A DNA stretch of 64,000 nt from a virus. The stretch is taken from IMG/VR virus record IMGVR_UViG_3300010162_000011, one strand, 5' to 3'. Below the pieces are notes generated by a model. The model made no database searches. It was not told where the DNA came from and worked only from the letters and a program-made list of their open reading frames with translations. This document shows positions 1 to 8,968 of this stretch, piece after piece. Position 1 is the stretch's first letter; each line of letters begins with the position of its first letter. The position numbers and the translations under genes are program-made.

Positions 1-481
1 TATCATCTAACAATAAACATATATCGCCCTCAAAGTCTACTACAGATTTAACCTCTCTTGTAAGATATGTACTTCTATCGAGATACGGTATATCAATACC
101 CATCAATTCATTTTTATTGAAATATTCGTGTCTGTTAATATAATCTATTGCCGTTCTCCTAACCCTTTCACCACTTTCAATTATTTGAATCGCTAATGGT
201 TTTTCCATGTTCACAACAACCATTTCATTCTTGTTTGAAAATTTAACGTCGTAATTACTATAATTTTCATTAATGTAATTACTCATCAAATTGGTAAAAA
301 TATCTTTATTATCGAAAAAAACATCGATATTTTTATCACTCTCTCTAACTTCTACCATTCCAAACTTGATACCTTGAACATAACCATAATCACGATTATT
401 GTAATGTAATACGGAAAAACCAAATTCTTTGACTTCCATCAAGTTACTTAACAGTATTTCACATTGACTTCTCTTATTCAT
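1..481 (-). CDS. hypothetical protein (partial, runs towards window edge)
   Basis: Own translation MNKRSQCEILLSNLMEVKEFGFSVLHY..., not in ORF track; motif A at 515-542 upstream. Confidence 0.7.
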   Translation of the reverse strand, partial: MNKRSQCEILLSNLMEVKEFGFSVLHYNNRDYGYVQGIKFGMVEVRESDKNIDVFFDNKDIFTNLMSNYINENYSNYDVKFSNKNEMVVVNMEKPLAIQIIESGERVRRTAIDYINRHEYFNKNELMGIDIPYLDRSTYLTREVKSVVDFEGDICLLLDD

Positions 482-576
482 TTTCTTTATTTTTTAAAAA
501 TTAATATTACCGTAAATATAATTTGAATAATATTTTCTGATCCTATTCGGATTTTAACATATTTTAACATTTAATT

Positions 577-603
577 AAAAAAGGGGTTGTTTTGAACAAC
601 CCC
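577..603 (-). terminator. intrinsic terminator
   Basis: GGGGTTGTT/AACAACCCC stem followed by T-run on the minus strand, just after ORF 605-787. Confidence 0.7.
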
Positions 604-604
604 A

Positions 605-787
605 CTATTTTCTGTTTGTGGTTAAACGACACAAATCTTTGATAGTTTCCCGCATTTGATCGATAGTTTTTTGCATTTCGTCAAATTCAGGTTGTCGCAC
701 TTCAAACCCTGCTAAAAACGCTCTTTCTAATCCGGGTGTATAACCTTGACTTTTAGAATACTGTTTTGCTAAAATTTCTTTGTCCAT
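605..787 (-). CDS. hypothetical protein (similar to 42058-42291)
   Basis: Shared KE.LA..Y...AF..G...RQPE.D pattern. Confidence 0.7.
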   Translation of the reverse strand: MDKEILAKQYSKSQGYTPGLERAFLAGFEVRQPEFDEMQKTIDQMRETIKDLCRLTTNRK

Positions 788-1020
788 TACACAAATGTTT
801 TCAATTTTCGCAATTCATTTTCATAAATCATTGTTGCGTCTTGTCCAAAATCCGCAACTAACTTATTTCTACCCTCACAAGTGACCGGTGTTAAACCTAT
901 TGCCACATCCCATTGTTTCGTCTTTTCAACTTCAATACGGTCTGAAACAACACATACACCATATCTTAAATGTATCACTTTGTCCTCAATTTGTAAATTT
1001 GAATGTTCTTTTACTCGCAT
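787..1020 (-). CDS. hypothetical protein
   Basis: ORF in minus-strand operon. Confidence 0.7.
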   Translation of the reverse strand: MRVKEHSNLQIEDKVIHLRYGVCVVSDRIEVEKTKQWDVAIGLTPVTCEGRNKLVADFGQDATMIYENELRKLKTFV

Positions 1021-1046
1021 TTTATATAAAATTTTAAATTAATTTA

Positions 1047-1388
1047 TCATTTTTTAAAAATGTTATTTTTCCAAGTTTCTTTCCATATAACAGAGGGTAT
1101 AATTCCGTCTGGATTCCACTCACGTTTTAAACTTCCTCCAATCACTAAACCGTCAAAAATATCCTTAAACATCATCAACGTATTCAAAGAAACAGTTTGA
1201 ACTTCGCCAACGTACTCAATGAATCTATCAGTCCCTTCAATAGGGTATTTTTCTTTATAGTACACATATTTAACAGTATCTTCATATCCGCTAAACTTTG
1301 CCCAAACCTGCATTCCGTTTGAATTTTCCGACATCGGATTAAAACCGCTTTCAATCAAACCCTCTTTTGTTCTCATCACTTTATTCAC
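1047..1388 (-). CDS. hypothetical protein
   Basis: ORF in minus-strand operon. Confidence 0.7.
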   Translation of the reverse strand: MNKVMRTKEGLIESGFNPMSENSNGMQVWAKFSGYEDTVKYVYYKEKYPIEGTDRFIEYVGEVQTVSLNTLMMFKDIFDGLVIGGSLKREWNPDGIIPSVIWKETWKNNIFKK

Positions 1389-1569
1389 TTATTATATTTG
1401 ACTTTAAATCGTTCAACGCATCAATCTTTGCGTCTTTTTCTCTGTATTGAATATCCGCTTCGACCTGCCCACAATAAGATGGTGGAAACTTTTCCCACAT
1501 ACTTTCAATCCATTCAATCTGGGCATCAATCATATCAATAATTTCTTTACTAGTCCACGTCTTTTCCAC
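1381..1569 (-). CDS. hypothetical protein
   Basis: ORF overlapping its neighbours in operon fashion. Confidence 0.7.
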   Translation of the reverse strand: MEKTWTSKEIIDMIDAQIEWIESMWEKFPPSYCGQVEADIQYREKDAKIDALNDLKSNIISE

Positions 1570-1792
1570 TGTAATTTAATGTTATTACGTTACTAAAAAG
1601 GAATTCTGAATTATCAATAATCCAATCCAAAGATTTATCATGTGTTGTTTTAAAACCCGATTCATTATAAACTTCGTGTGGACTAACATGGGGGTCAAAC
1701 CCCGGAAACAATTTACGAAACTTTTGGTAAGTTACCAATGGCATTCTGTAAAAATTTCCCTCAATACAAAAATATACAAACAATTCATTCAT
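1550..1792 (-). CDS. hypothetical protein, paralogue family P1
   Basis: YFCIEG...WIIDNS motif shared with 5658-5870 and 17434-17649. Confidence 0.8.
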   Translation of the reverse strand: MNELFVYFCIEGNFYRMPLVTYQKFRKLFPGFDPHVSPHEVYNESGFKTTHDKSLDWIIDNSEFLFSNVITLNYSGKDVD

Positions 1793-1804
1793 TTTTTTAT
1801 CATT

Positions 1805-1912
1805 TTAAAGGATAAATTTTGCGATTAACACAATTATACAAAATACAACCCCACCAACAATTCCGCCAATTACGGCAATACCGATGTTTTTTAATATTTT
1901 TAAATTTTTCAT
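1805..1912 (-). CDS. small single-TM peptide (35 aa)
   Basis: Own translation MKNLKILKNIGIAVIGGIVGGVVFCIIVLIAKFIL directly behind motif A 1932-1959. Confidence 0.6.
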   Translation of the reverse strand: MKNLKILKNIGIAVIGGIVGGVVFCIIVLIAKFIL

Positions 1913-1982
1913 ATTATTTTTATTTTTAGATAATAAAATTTGAATAATATTTTCTGATCAGTGTTGGTTCTTGAAAAAAAAG

Positions 1983-2015
1983 AAAAAAAACACTAGTTTG
2001 GCAACTAGTGTTTTA
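1983..2015 (-). terminator. intrinsic terminator
   Basis: AAACACTAGTT/AACTAGTGTTT stem with T-run, downstream of the tRNA-like RNA. Confidence 0.65.
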
Positions 2016-2056
2016 ACACTAAAAAACAACACTAAAAACAAAACAGACAAACTTTT

Positions 2057-2185
2057 TGGGCAATAGGTAGGATTCGAACCTACGTTGATAACATACATTA
2101 CGACTTGCTGTTATCGTGCGGTTAAGGGTAATATCAGCCGCTTACCCAACCCCACCTGCGTTCAACCAACTCCGCCACTACCACC
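2057..2185 (-). ncRNA. tRNA-like RNA with enlarged anticodon and variable arms (~128 nt)
   Basis: Acceptor GTGGTAG/CTATTGC then CCA; D arm TGGCGGAGTTGGTTGAACGC; T arm GTAGG-TTCGAAT-CCTAC; ~74-nt centre folds into two long hairpins with no canonical anticodon loop. Confidence 0.7.
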
Positions 2186-2215
2186 GTTTTATATACTCAT
2201 TTGAGTATGTATATT

Positions 2216-3022
2216 TTACGAATAGAAATAAAATTTTCCTTCAATTTCAATAAAATTATCCTGCGATTCTTCGTTGTGTGTTAAGGCTTCTTCTATTGTA
2301 TCAAATACTATGAACAAATCCATAACATTAACAACTCCAATTTCAAAACAACGAATTACTTCACCATAGCAATCAAAAAAATCAATAACTTCAATATCGT
2401 TTTCTGTAAAATTACCGTACTCAGATAAGAAACGTAATTTATCCGCTTTATCCAAATTGTTCAAAACACAGTTTCCGTATTTATTAATTGCGTCCTTACA
2501 AGATTCTACAACCATATAATAACGACAACCATCAACTTCCAAGTTTGAAGTTAAATCGCTAAAATATTTTAGTCTGGGGTGTAAAATATTTCCTTCAAAA
2601 ATCCCTTCTTGACGTGGAAATACTGCATCACAAACCCAAACAGGTTTACCTTGACCCAAATCTTTCAACGTAATAATCAAACTGTTTGCCGGTATCAAAT
2701 CCGAAACACTATCTTCGTATACCAAATTAGAAATATCTAAAGTTTGCATTTGTTTTTCAACTTCATAAAGATATTCCGGATGTTCCGTATAGTATTCAAA
2801 ATTACGTAACAAACATTCAGATAGCGTTCTTGATGGAATCTCGTCTATGTTCACTTCATACGACCATCCAATTATATTGGTAACTGCATCTTTTTTTACG
2901 GTATTATAATAATCAACAGCATCGTCGAAACTTTTGAACAATTTAATATCGTTCACAATAAATTCCGTACTTTGTGTTTCCCTATTACCAATACGCAAAA
3001 GGTAAATTTTATTATCTTCCAT
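2216..3022 (-). CDS. acidic hypothetical protein
   Basis: 268-aa ORF behind motif A 3049. Confidence 0.8.
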   Translation of the reverse strand: MEDNKIYLLRIGNRETQSTEFIVNDIKLFKSFDDAVDYYNTVKKDAVTNIIGWSYEVNIDEIPSRTLSECLLRNFEYYTEHPEYLYEVEKQMQTLDISNLVYEDSVSDLIPANSLIITLKDLGQGKPVWVCDAVFPRQEGIFEGNILHPRLKYFSDLTSNLEVDGCRYYMVVESCKDAINKYGNCVLNNLDKADKLRFLSEYGNFTENDIEVIDFFDCYGEVIRCFEIGVVNVMDLFIVFDTIEEALTHNEESQDNFIEIEGKFYFYS

Positions 3023-3078
3023 TTTATCTGTTATTTTTAATTATGTTCTTAATATACTTTTAATGTTATTTTCTGATC

Positions 3079-3270
3079 CTATTCCTGTTCCGGAAATACA
3101 TATTCTTTGGTTAACATATCGTTATTGAAAAATATAAATTGTTCAAACCAATCCCCATAACCCATTTCCAACGGAAAATGTTCAGGTTTTTTTTTGTTGT
3201 TTTCATACCAAAACTTAAAAAAGTTTTCTAACTCATTTTTAATTTCAGTTTCAAATTCTGCTATTATCAT
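3079..3270 (-). CDS. hypothetical protein
   Basis: ORF; stop abuts motif A. Confidence 0.7.
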   Translation of the reverse strand: MIIAEFETEIKNELENFFKFWYENNKKKPEHFPLEMGYGDWFEQFIFFNNDMLTKEYVFPEQE

Positions 3271-3271
3271 C

Positions 3272-3619
3272 TTATTCTGATTTTAAAAATTTAGCGTTTG
3301 CAAAACCATACGAAAGGCAGTCTTTCCAATTATTATAAAATGTTTTCCAGCGTTCCGAAAGAAACTTTCTATCATCTTTAGATATTTTTTCCTTTTCAAT
3401 ATGCAATATTGCAATAGAAAGTTCTTCATTGCAATCTGTTAAAACTTCTTTATTTATTTTTCTTTCAATAGAAAGCAATTTTAACATAAAGGGAATAGCA
3501 TTCTCATCCCTAGATATAACCGTTAAAATACAATCCCATTTCCCTTCATCAGAAATATCAAGTTCGATTATTTCTTTAATATATCTGATATAATCTTTTT
3601 CTTTAAGCGTTCTATTCAT
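3272..3619 (-). CDS. hypothetical protein (probably leaderless)
   Basis: ATG 6 nt after the TATATT box of motif A 3624-3653. Confidence 0.75.
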   Translation of the reverse strand: MNRTLKEKDYIRYIKEIIELDISDEGKWDCILTVISRDENAIPFMLKLLSIERKINKEVLTDCNEELSIAILHIEKEKISKDDRKFLSERWKTFYNNWKDCLSYGFANAKFLKSE

Positions 3620-3653
3620 ATTCTTAATATAATTTCAATAATATTTTCTGAAC

Positions 3654-4160
3654 CTAACTCAAACTATCCAAATGTTCTTTTTCCTGCGGTGTTCCCGCAA
3701 AGTTTATTTGTTTGAACCATTCGACTTTAAAATCGTCTGTATATGGCGATTCCCATTCTAATATTTCGTTATAATTGATATAATATTTATCAAATAAGTC
3801 ACGATATTCTTCAGACATATCTTTTAAATAATATTCAATACCATCTTCTTCAATAGTAAATTTGTTATTGTAAAAATCTAAAAGAGTGTTGAGACGTTGT
3901 TTTCCATCAATAACTTCAATGGTATCATCATATCTGTTAATGAATGATAAATCGGGTATGTTTCTACCGATAATCACTGACCATATCAATTCTCTTTTTT
4001 GTTCCAAATTCCATACTAACCCTCTTTGAAGATTTTTATCCTTTGAGGGTAAATATACATCAAAGTCAATTTTCTTATTACGATTGATTGACTTTAACTG
4101 CATGGACATTCGCCTTGCCAAACTATTGTGTGCAACCCGACGTTCACTTAACGGTTTCAT
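3654..4160 (-). CDS. stand-alone DUF262 (GmrS/ParB-Srx-like) domain protein
   Basis: LQRGLVW...LIWSV..G..IP and EVIDGKQRL.TL..F motifs of DUF262. Confidence 0.85.
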   Translation of the reverse strand: MKPLSERRVAHNSLARRMSMQLKSINRNKKIDFDVYLPSKDKNLQRGLVWNLEQKRELIWSVIIGRNIPDLSFINRYDDTIEVIDGKQRLNTLLDFYNNKFTIEEDGIEYYLKDMSEEYRDLFDKYYINYNEILEWESPYTDDFKVEWFKQINFAGTPQEKEHLDSLS

Positions 4161-4184
4161 ATACTACTACTCATTTGAGTTTAT

Positions 4185-4237
4185 TTGTAGTCTGTACGGG
4201 ATTCGAACCCGTGACTCCGCCGTGAGTCGAACAGACC
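4185..4237 (-). pseudogene. internally deleted tRNA-Glu-like mini-tRNA (acceptor and T arm retained)
   Basis: GGTCTGT-TC-GACTC-ACGGCG-GAGTC-ACGGG-TTCGAAT-CCCGT-ACAGACT-A; 3' half resembles bacterial tRNA-Glu; D arm and most of anticodon arm missing. Confidence 0.7.
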
Positions 4238-4246
4238 AAACTTATT

Positions 4247-4765
4247 TTATTCAAACAATGCTTTGATACGCACCAAATCTGTTTCAGGGATTTCCCTGTA
4301 TAACCATTTCGTACCATATACATAAGGTACCATTTCGCCGTTTTCGTTTTCAACTAAATATTCTTTGTCTTCATAAAGATCCAACGATTTTAGAAACTCA
4401 CACTGTAGAACATAATCCATTCCACGTCTAGCTTCGCCGGTTTTATTACTATACCATTCGTCATAACCATTTGCGATAGCATCGCTTTGTCTTCTTGTAC
4501 CTGCGTTCATTCCGTTCAAATGGTAATTTGACCACAAATAAAATATTTCGTCAAAAATAACTTTGTCCGAATCTTTCATAAAGATATATTCTTGTTTGAT
4601 AGTATCCAAACATTGTCCACCAATTTCAAAACGTCCACCGTTACCAACATCCGCCATTGCACTGAAAACTTGTCCTTTTCCTTTGTCTTCTAATTCGACG
4701 GAAACATTTGCGGTATATCGAAGACCGTTTTCTTTTTTTACCCTAAAACTGAAATTATTTTTCAT
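4247..4765 (-). CDS. conserved phage hypothetical protein (GQC...W..YHLN type)
   Basis: GGQCLD...WSNYHLNGMNAGT...YVYGTKWLYREIP; weak similarity to 10685-11065. Confidence 0.8.
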   Translation of the reverse strand: MKNNFSFRVKKENGLRYTANVSVELEDKGKGQVFSAMADVGNGGRFEIGGQCLDTIKQEYIFMKDSDKVIFDEIFYLWSNYHLNGMNAGTRRQSDAIANGYDEWYSNKTGEARRGMDYVLQCEFLKSLDLYEDKEYLVENENGEMVPYVYGTKWLYREIPETDLVRIKALFE

Positions 4766-4818
4766 TTTATTTATTTTTTTAATTATGTTCTTAATATAAT
4801 TTGAATAATATTATCTGA

Positions 4819-5595
4819 TCATTTAACCAAATATCTGTAATGTGGTTTTTGTATTGCGCCCTCTGCAATGATTGTCCAACACCTCGTTACAAATTTTTTA
4901 CCGTCAATTTCGTGTTCGAGAAGCAATTCAAAATTAACATTAAAACTTTTTTCAATTATTTTGAAATTAGTATCCGTTAAACCTTTACGTACCAACCGTT
5001 CAACTAATTTTACCAATGAATTTTCATAGTGCCGTTCTGCTTTCTTTTTAGCATCTACAATTAGTTTTCCTTTTCCTGTTAAGTAAATAGTAGTTGCCTC
5101 TCTTATAATTTTACCGTATTCCTTTTTAATTTTTTCATTTGCAAAAAACTCCGCCGGAAATACCTTAAAATCTGATCTTTCAGATGGTTCAATGTTGTAA
5201 TGTTTACACCAATCCTCTATGGTTCTTCCACGAATTTTACTTGCCCAATCAAATAGGTTTTCAGCATAAATACGTGTTTTTTCAAGGAATAACACCCTCA
5301 AATCTTCGGTTTGTTCCCTCAAAACCAACATTAAACCTTGTGGCATCTGCTCCGCTTTTTTAGCATCAACTGCCGATTGAGAAGTTTTTGCAGGGGCATC
5401 ATCCCAAGTTAATTTTCTACCAATCCATTTTTCAATGGTTCCTTGTTCTAATTGATAGAAATTATCCCTGTATGTTCTGGCTTTCCACTTACCGATTTTA
5501 CGATCTATATTGCTGTATATATCTTTATGATATACCCTATACGGTTCGTATGTAAACCTATATTCTTTTCCTTGACTGTCTACTGCTAAATACAT
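4819..5595 (-). CDS. two-part hypothetical protein
   Basis: N-terminal YLAVD..G.E...IEKWIGRKLTWDDAP module joined to a C-terminal TIIAEGAIQKPHYRYLVK module. Confidence 0.8.
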   Translation of the reverse strand: MYLAVDSQGKEYRFTYEPYRVYHKDIYSNIDRKIGKWKARTYRDNFYQLEQGTIEKWIGRKLTWDDAPAKTSQSAVDAKKAEQMPQGLMLVLREQTEDLRVLFLEKTRIYAENLFDWASKIRGRTIEDWCKHYNIEPSERSDFKVFPAEFFANEKIKKEYGKIIREATTIYLTGKGKLIVDAKKKAERHYENSLVKLVERLVRKGLTDTNFKIIEKSFNVNFELLLEHEIDGKKFVTRCWTIIAEGAIQKPHYRYLVK

Positions 5596-5657
5596 CTTCT
5601 TAATATTTTTTTAATTATACTCTTAATATAATTGGAATAATATTTTCTGATCCTGAT

Positions 5658-5870
5658 TCAAAAATTCAAAACTTGAACATCCGGTATCATTAAAGTAGAA
5701 TGATGGATAATCCATTCTAAAATTTCCGAATGTTTTTTATCATTATCGTTCCACCATATATCGGGTTCAATAACACCATCCCTATTTTTGTAAGGGTATT
5801 TTTTACATAGTTTTCCGTAATCTGTTTTTGTCATTTTAAACAGAGAACCTTCGATACAAAAGTATTTCAT
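5658..5870 (-). CDS. hypothetical protein, paralogue family P1
   Basis: MKYFCIEG...LEWIIHHS. Confidence 0.8.
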   Translation of the reverse strand: MKYFCIEGSLFKMTKTDYGKLCKKYPYKNRDGVIEPDIWWNDNDKKHSEILEWIIHHSTLMIPDVQVLNF

Positions 5871-5961
5871 TTTTTTTAATTTATTAAAATGTTTATACTC
5901 ATTTGAGTATATGTAAAAATGCGCCCCATAACCGATTAGAGTTCAATGGGGCGCAAAATCT

Positions 5962-6426
5962 TTATACTAATTCAGTCGGAATGTAAAACGTTAAAGTCGC
6001 TAATACAGACTGATGTAACAAGTCTAATTGTTCAACGTTAAAAGTACCACTACTGCTAGTAAATACAATTTCGTTATCGTAAACAAATTCACCTGTTTCA
6101 ATAATATTAGCAAGTTGTTCAACGGTAACATCAACGCAACCTACCAAATCACCATCGCTATTGTGTCCTTCGTCATAGGCAGCAGAACCAAAATTGTTTA
6201 ATATGCTGCGATAAGCACCGTCAAAATCCCGAATGCTATCATTAATAACATCCCAATCGCCGTCGTTAGGTTCTTCGCCAAAATCGTCTGTGAACAATTC
6301 GGTAATAAGATGTTCATCCGAAGTTCCCAAAGTCCAACCAATTTTTATTGTTTCAACGTCATTGAATACGCTTACTTCATTACTGTTTTCGTCAAAATAC
6401 TTTTTAACTAATTCTTTTGTCGTCAT
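5962..6426 (-). CDS. acidic protein, paralogue family P2
   Basis: IGW.L, YDEGH.S, VFTSSSG.FN, TL.FY.PTELV shared with 23039-23515. Confidence 0.85.
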   Translation of the reverse strand: MTTKELVKKYFDENSNEVSVFNDVETIKIGWTLGTSDEHLITELFTDDFGEEPNDGDWDVINDSIRDFDGAYRSILNNFGSAAYDEGHNSDGDLVGCVDVTVEQLANIIETGEFVYDNEIVFTSSSGTFNVEQLDLLHQSVLATLTFYIPTELV

Positions 6427-6537
6427 GTTTTTTATTTTTTAATGTTATTTTTAATATACTCTTAATATAATTTGAATAATATTTTCTGATCGAAAACCCC
6501 ACTACCCATTTTAAGATAGTGGGGTCAAAATTACTTC

Positions 6538-6714
6538 TTAATAATGAATCCGGCTACCGTCTTTGTTAAACACTGTAACATCTTCTGTAAAGAAGTCCGA
6601 TATAGCATCTGCTGCCCGTACCGCTTCTTTCAAAGAAGTATAAAAATGTACATTTGTTACATAAGAACCGTCTTCAATCGTTTCTACCGATACTACCTTA
6701 ATCATATTTTCCAT
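6538..6714 (-). CDS. hypothetical protein (58 aa)
   Basis: Own translation MENMIKVVSVETIEDGSYV...DGSRIHY; followed by hairpin ~6493-6525. Confidence 0.6.
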   Translation of the reverse strand: MENMIKVVSVETIEDGSYVTNVHFYTSLKEAVRAADAISDFFTEDVTVFNKDGSRIHY

Positions 6715-6731
6715 TTTATTTTTTTATTTGG

Positions 6732-6962
6732 TTAATCTTCCATTTCCAACAATTCGTCAATGATATCTTCTGAACCATTAGCGTTCTGCTCCCATTGAGA
6801 ACAATAACACGACCTACTCGGTATTTCAAACATTGCGTCTGTTTTTGGGTGGTTACAAAATAACTTACCACTGAAAATGTTTGCATTAAAAAAACTACAA
6901 TTCGCACACATATTAGCGTCGCGCAAATTAGCATAAAATTCTGTCGAACTAATCCCTTTCAT
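6732..6962 (-). CDS. Cys-rich hypothetical protein
   Basis: CANC...C...CYCSQW; behind motif A 7000. Confidence 0.75.
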   Translation of the reverse strand: MKGISSTEFYANLRDANMCANCSFFNANIFSGKLFCNHPKTDAMFEIPSRSCYCSQWEQNANGSEDIIDELLEMED

Positions 6963-7031
6963 TTTCTTTATTATTTTTAATTTGTTTTTTAATATACTTT
7001 TAATATAATTTGAATAATATTTTCTGAACCG

Positions 7032-7220
7032 TTACGCTTCCTCCAACCAAAAACCATATAACAATTCGCCGTCCAGAAAACTATCGTAATTAATCTTACG
7101 TTGTTTGCAGAACATAATCACATCTTTTTTAGATAAATTGCTACTGAATAATGTACCTCCAGCATTACGCATATCATCTTCCGTTCCACGATAAATACTA
7201 TATTTCATCTTCATTTTCAT
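7032..7220 (-). CDS. hypothetical protein
   Basis: ORF track. Confidence 0.7.
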   Translation of the reverse strand: MKMKMKYSIYRGTEDDMRNAGGTLFSSNLSKKDVIMFCKQRKINYDSFLDGELLYGFWLEEA

Positions 7221-7417
7221 TTGTTTTGATTGAAAAATGTTGCACTGTTTTTATCAAAATGACCAACAAGTCTTAACTTGTCAATATCAATCGCCTCAAT
7301 ATCACCTTCTTTGTTCACACAAACAAAACATCTATTGTGTTCGGTATTATGAAAATCAGGATACATAACAATCCAATCTTCACCCGTCTTTTTGTGTCTT
7401 ACAAGATAATTTTCCAT
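7217..7417 (-). CDS. hypothetical protein
   Basis: Behind motif A 7468. Confidence 0.7.
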   Translation of the reverse strand: MENYLVRHKKTGEDWIVMYPDFHNTEHNRCFVCVNKEGDIEAIDIDKLRLVGHFDKNSATFFNQNK

Positions 7418-7715
7418 TTTACTATTATTTTTAAATTGTTATTTTTACTAATATTTTTAATTCTCTTTTAATATAATTTCAATAATATTTTCTGAACCAG
7501 AATACTCATTTGAGTATATATAAAATAGTAAGGGGGCAGTAGAAACGCTGCCCCCGAACATAATAAAAAAAATAAAAAAAAAGAGGTTATTTTTATGATG
7601 TGTTGTTGTTTCTAAAAAAATTGTGTCGGACGGTTTTTAATAACCGAAATTTTTTCTACCACATAAAACCGCCCGCACACAATTAGACAATAAAAACAAA
7701 CAACAAAACAAAATC

Positions 7716-7985
7716 TTATTCTATGATGGTTTTAATCTCGTAATTTACATATTCGTTTTTTCCGTTGTTATCAGCGTCTATCGGATAGATTTTATCTCTA
7801 CCATACACGCTAAACAGAAACCCAACCACATTACGAAAACTAAACCTTTCATTGTTTTTACCCATATTCAAACAAGTAACCATTAATGTATTTCTATCAT
7901 GTTCAAGTGTCCAAATATGATCCGTCCAATCTTTTACTAAAATTCGATCTTCGTTATCAAGGTATGTTATTTCTACCGTTCTCAT
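7716..7985 (-). CDS. hypothetical protein
   Basis: ORF track. Confidence 0.7.
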   Translation of the reverse strand: MRTVEITYLDNEDRILVKDWTDHIWTLEHDRNTLMVTCLNMGKNNERFSFRNVVGFLFSVYGRDKIYPIDADNNGKNEYVNYEIKTIIE

Positions 7986-7987
7986 TC

Positions 7988-8299
7988 TTAACTATATAAA
8001 CTCATTACGTAAATCAAATCTTCAAAAGGAAGTTGATGAATATTGTGCCAATCATAATCATCTTGTGGGTATGAATGACAATAAACAATTTCACCGCTTA
8101 TATCATCAACCATTATTTCAGAAACCAACCATTCAACATCGTCTTCGTATGGTGCTTCGTAAAACGTTTCCAATTCGCCTAATACGTGGCGACCGTTATG
8201 TTTTTCAATAACACTCTTTTTGATAAAATCAATAGCGTTTGCACGTATCTTTTCTACGTCTCTTAACGCTTTTTTGTATTCGTTTTGTACTATTATCAT
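7988..8299 (-). CDS. hypothetical protein
   Basis: Behind motif A 8333. Confidence 0.75.
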   Translation of the reverse strand: MIIVQNEYKKALRDVEKIRANAIDFIKKSVIEKHNGRHVLGELETFYEAPYEDDVEWLVSEIMVDDISGEIVYCHSYPQDDYDWHNIHQLPFEDLIYVMSLYS

Positions 8300-8364
8300 T
8301 TTTAATATTTTTATTTGTTTTTTACTATGCTTTTAATATAATTTTAATAATATTTTCTGAACCA

Positions 8365-8715
8365 TTAACAATCTTCTAAATCTAAATTTCTCGCATCCAT
8401 TAACTTTTTGACCGCTCTCTGCTTTCTCAAATTTTCATTGCGTTCTTTATTTAAATTTGTAAGTTGTTGTTTCAAACTTACGAGTTCGTACTCGAAAGCA
8501 CTAAAAAATTCTCTATTAAGATAACCCATATTCTTATCAATGTAATTTTTGGGATCCTCTAACTCCGTACAAACCCTTGCAAAAGGGAATTCACAATCAG
8601 TATCGTTTTCGTGACAAAAATAGGTTTCGCCGAAAACATAATATCTTATTCCATTGTGTACCGCACTATTTTCTTTTGCAACTTTTACCATTGAATCATA
8701 CATTCCGTTTGCCAT
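8365..8715 (-). CDS. hypothetical protein with C-terminal coiled coil
   Basis: Behind motif A 8755. Confidence 0.75.
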   Translation of the reverse strand: MANGMYDSMVKVAKENSAVHNGIRYYVFGETYFCHENDTDCEFPFARVCTELEDPKNYIDKNMGYLNREFFSAFEYELVSLKQQLTNLNKERNENLRKQRAVKKLMDARNLDLEDC

Positions 8716-8782
8716 TTTATATTGTTTTTAATATGTTTATTTTTAATTATAATCTTAATATAATTTCAATAGTATATTCTGA

Positions 8783-8968
8783 TCAAATGATTATATCATT
8801 TTCGTCATCCTCTTCAGGGTCCGGTAGGTTAAATTCCTTTTGGTAAAACTTCCATTCGTACTCCGCCTTTTCCCTCAAATTTAAATCCATGTAATTTGGG
8901 ATTCTGGTGAATTCTGAAATTGCCTTTGATATTAAAATCATAACTTCCGCCTGTGTATAAGTCTTCAA
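8783..8968 (-). CDS. hypothetical protein
   Basis: ORF track (TTG start); stop overlaps motif A. Confidence 0.6.
   Translation of the reverse strand: MKTYTQAEVMILISKAISEFTRIPNYMDLNLREKAEYEWKFYQKEFNLPDPEEDDENDIII

Noticed and set aside
2057..2185. tmRNA, tRNA-Sec or an ordinary tRNA
   Set aside because: Too short for tmRNA and has a D stem; no UCA or other canonical 7-nt anticodon loop on a 5-bp stem.
4171..4353. 60-aa minus-strand ORF
   Set aside because: Overlaps the 4247 gene out of frame and runs through the mini-tRNA and motif B.
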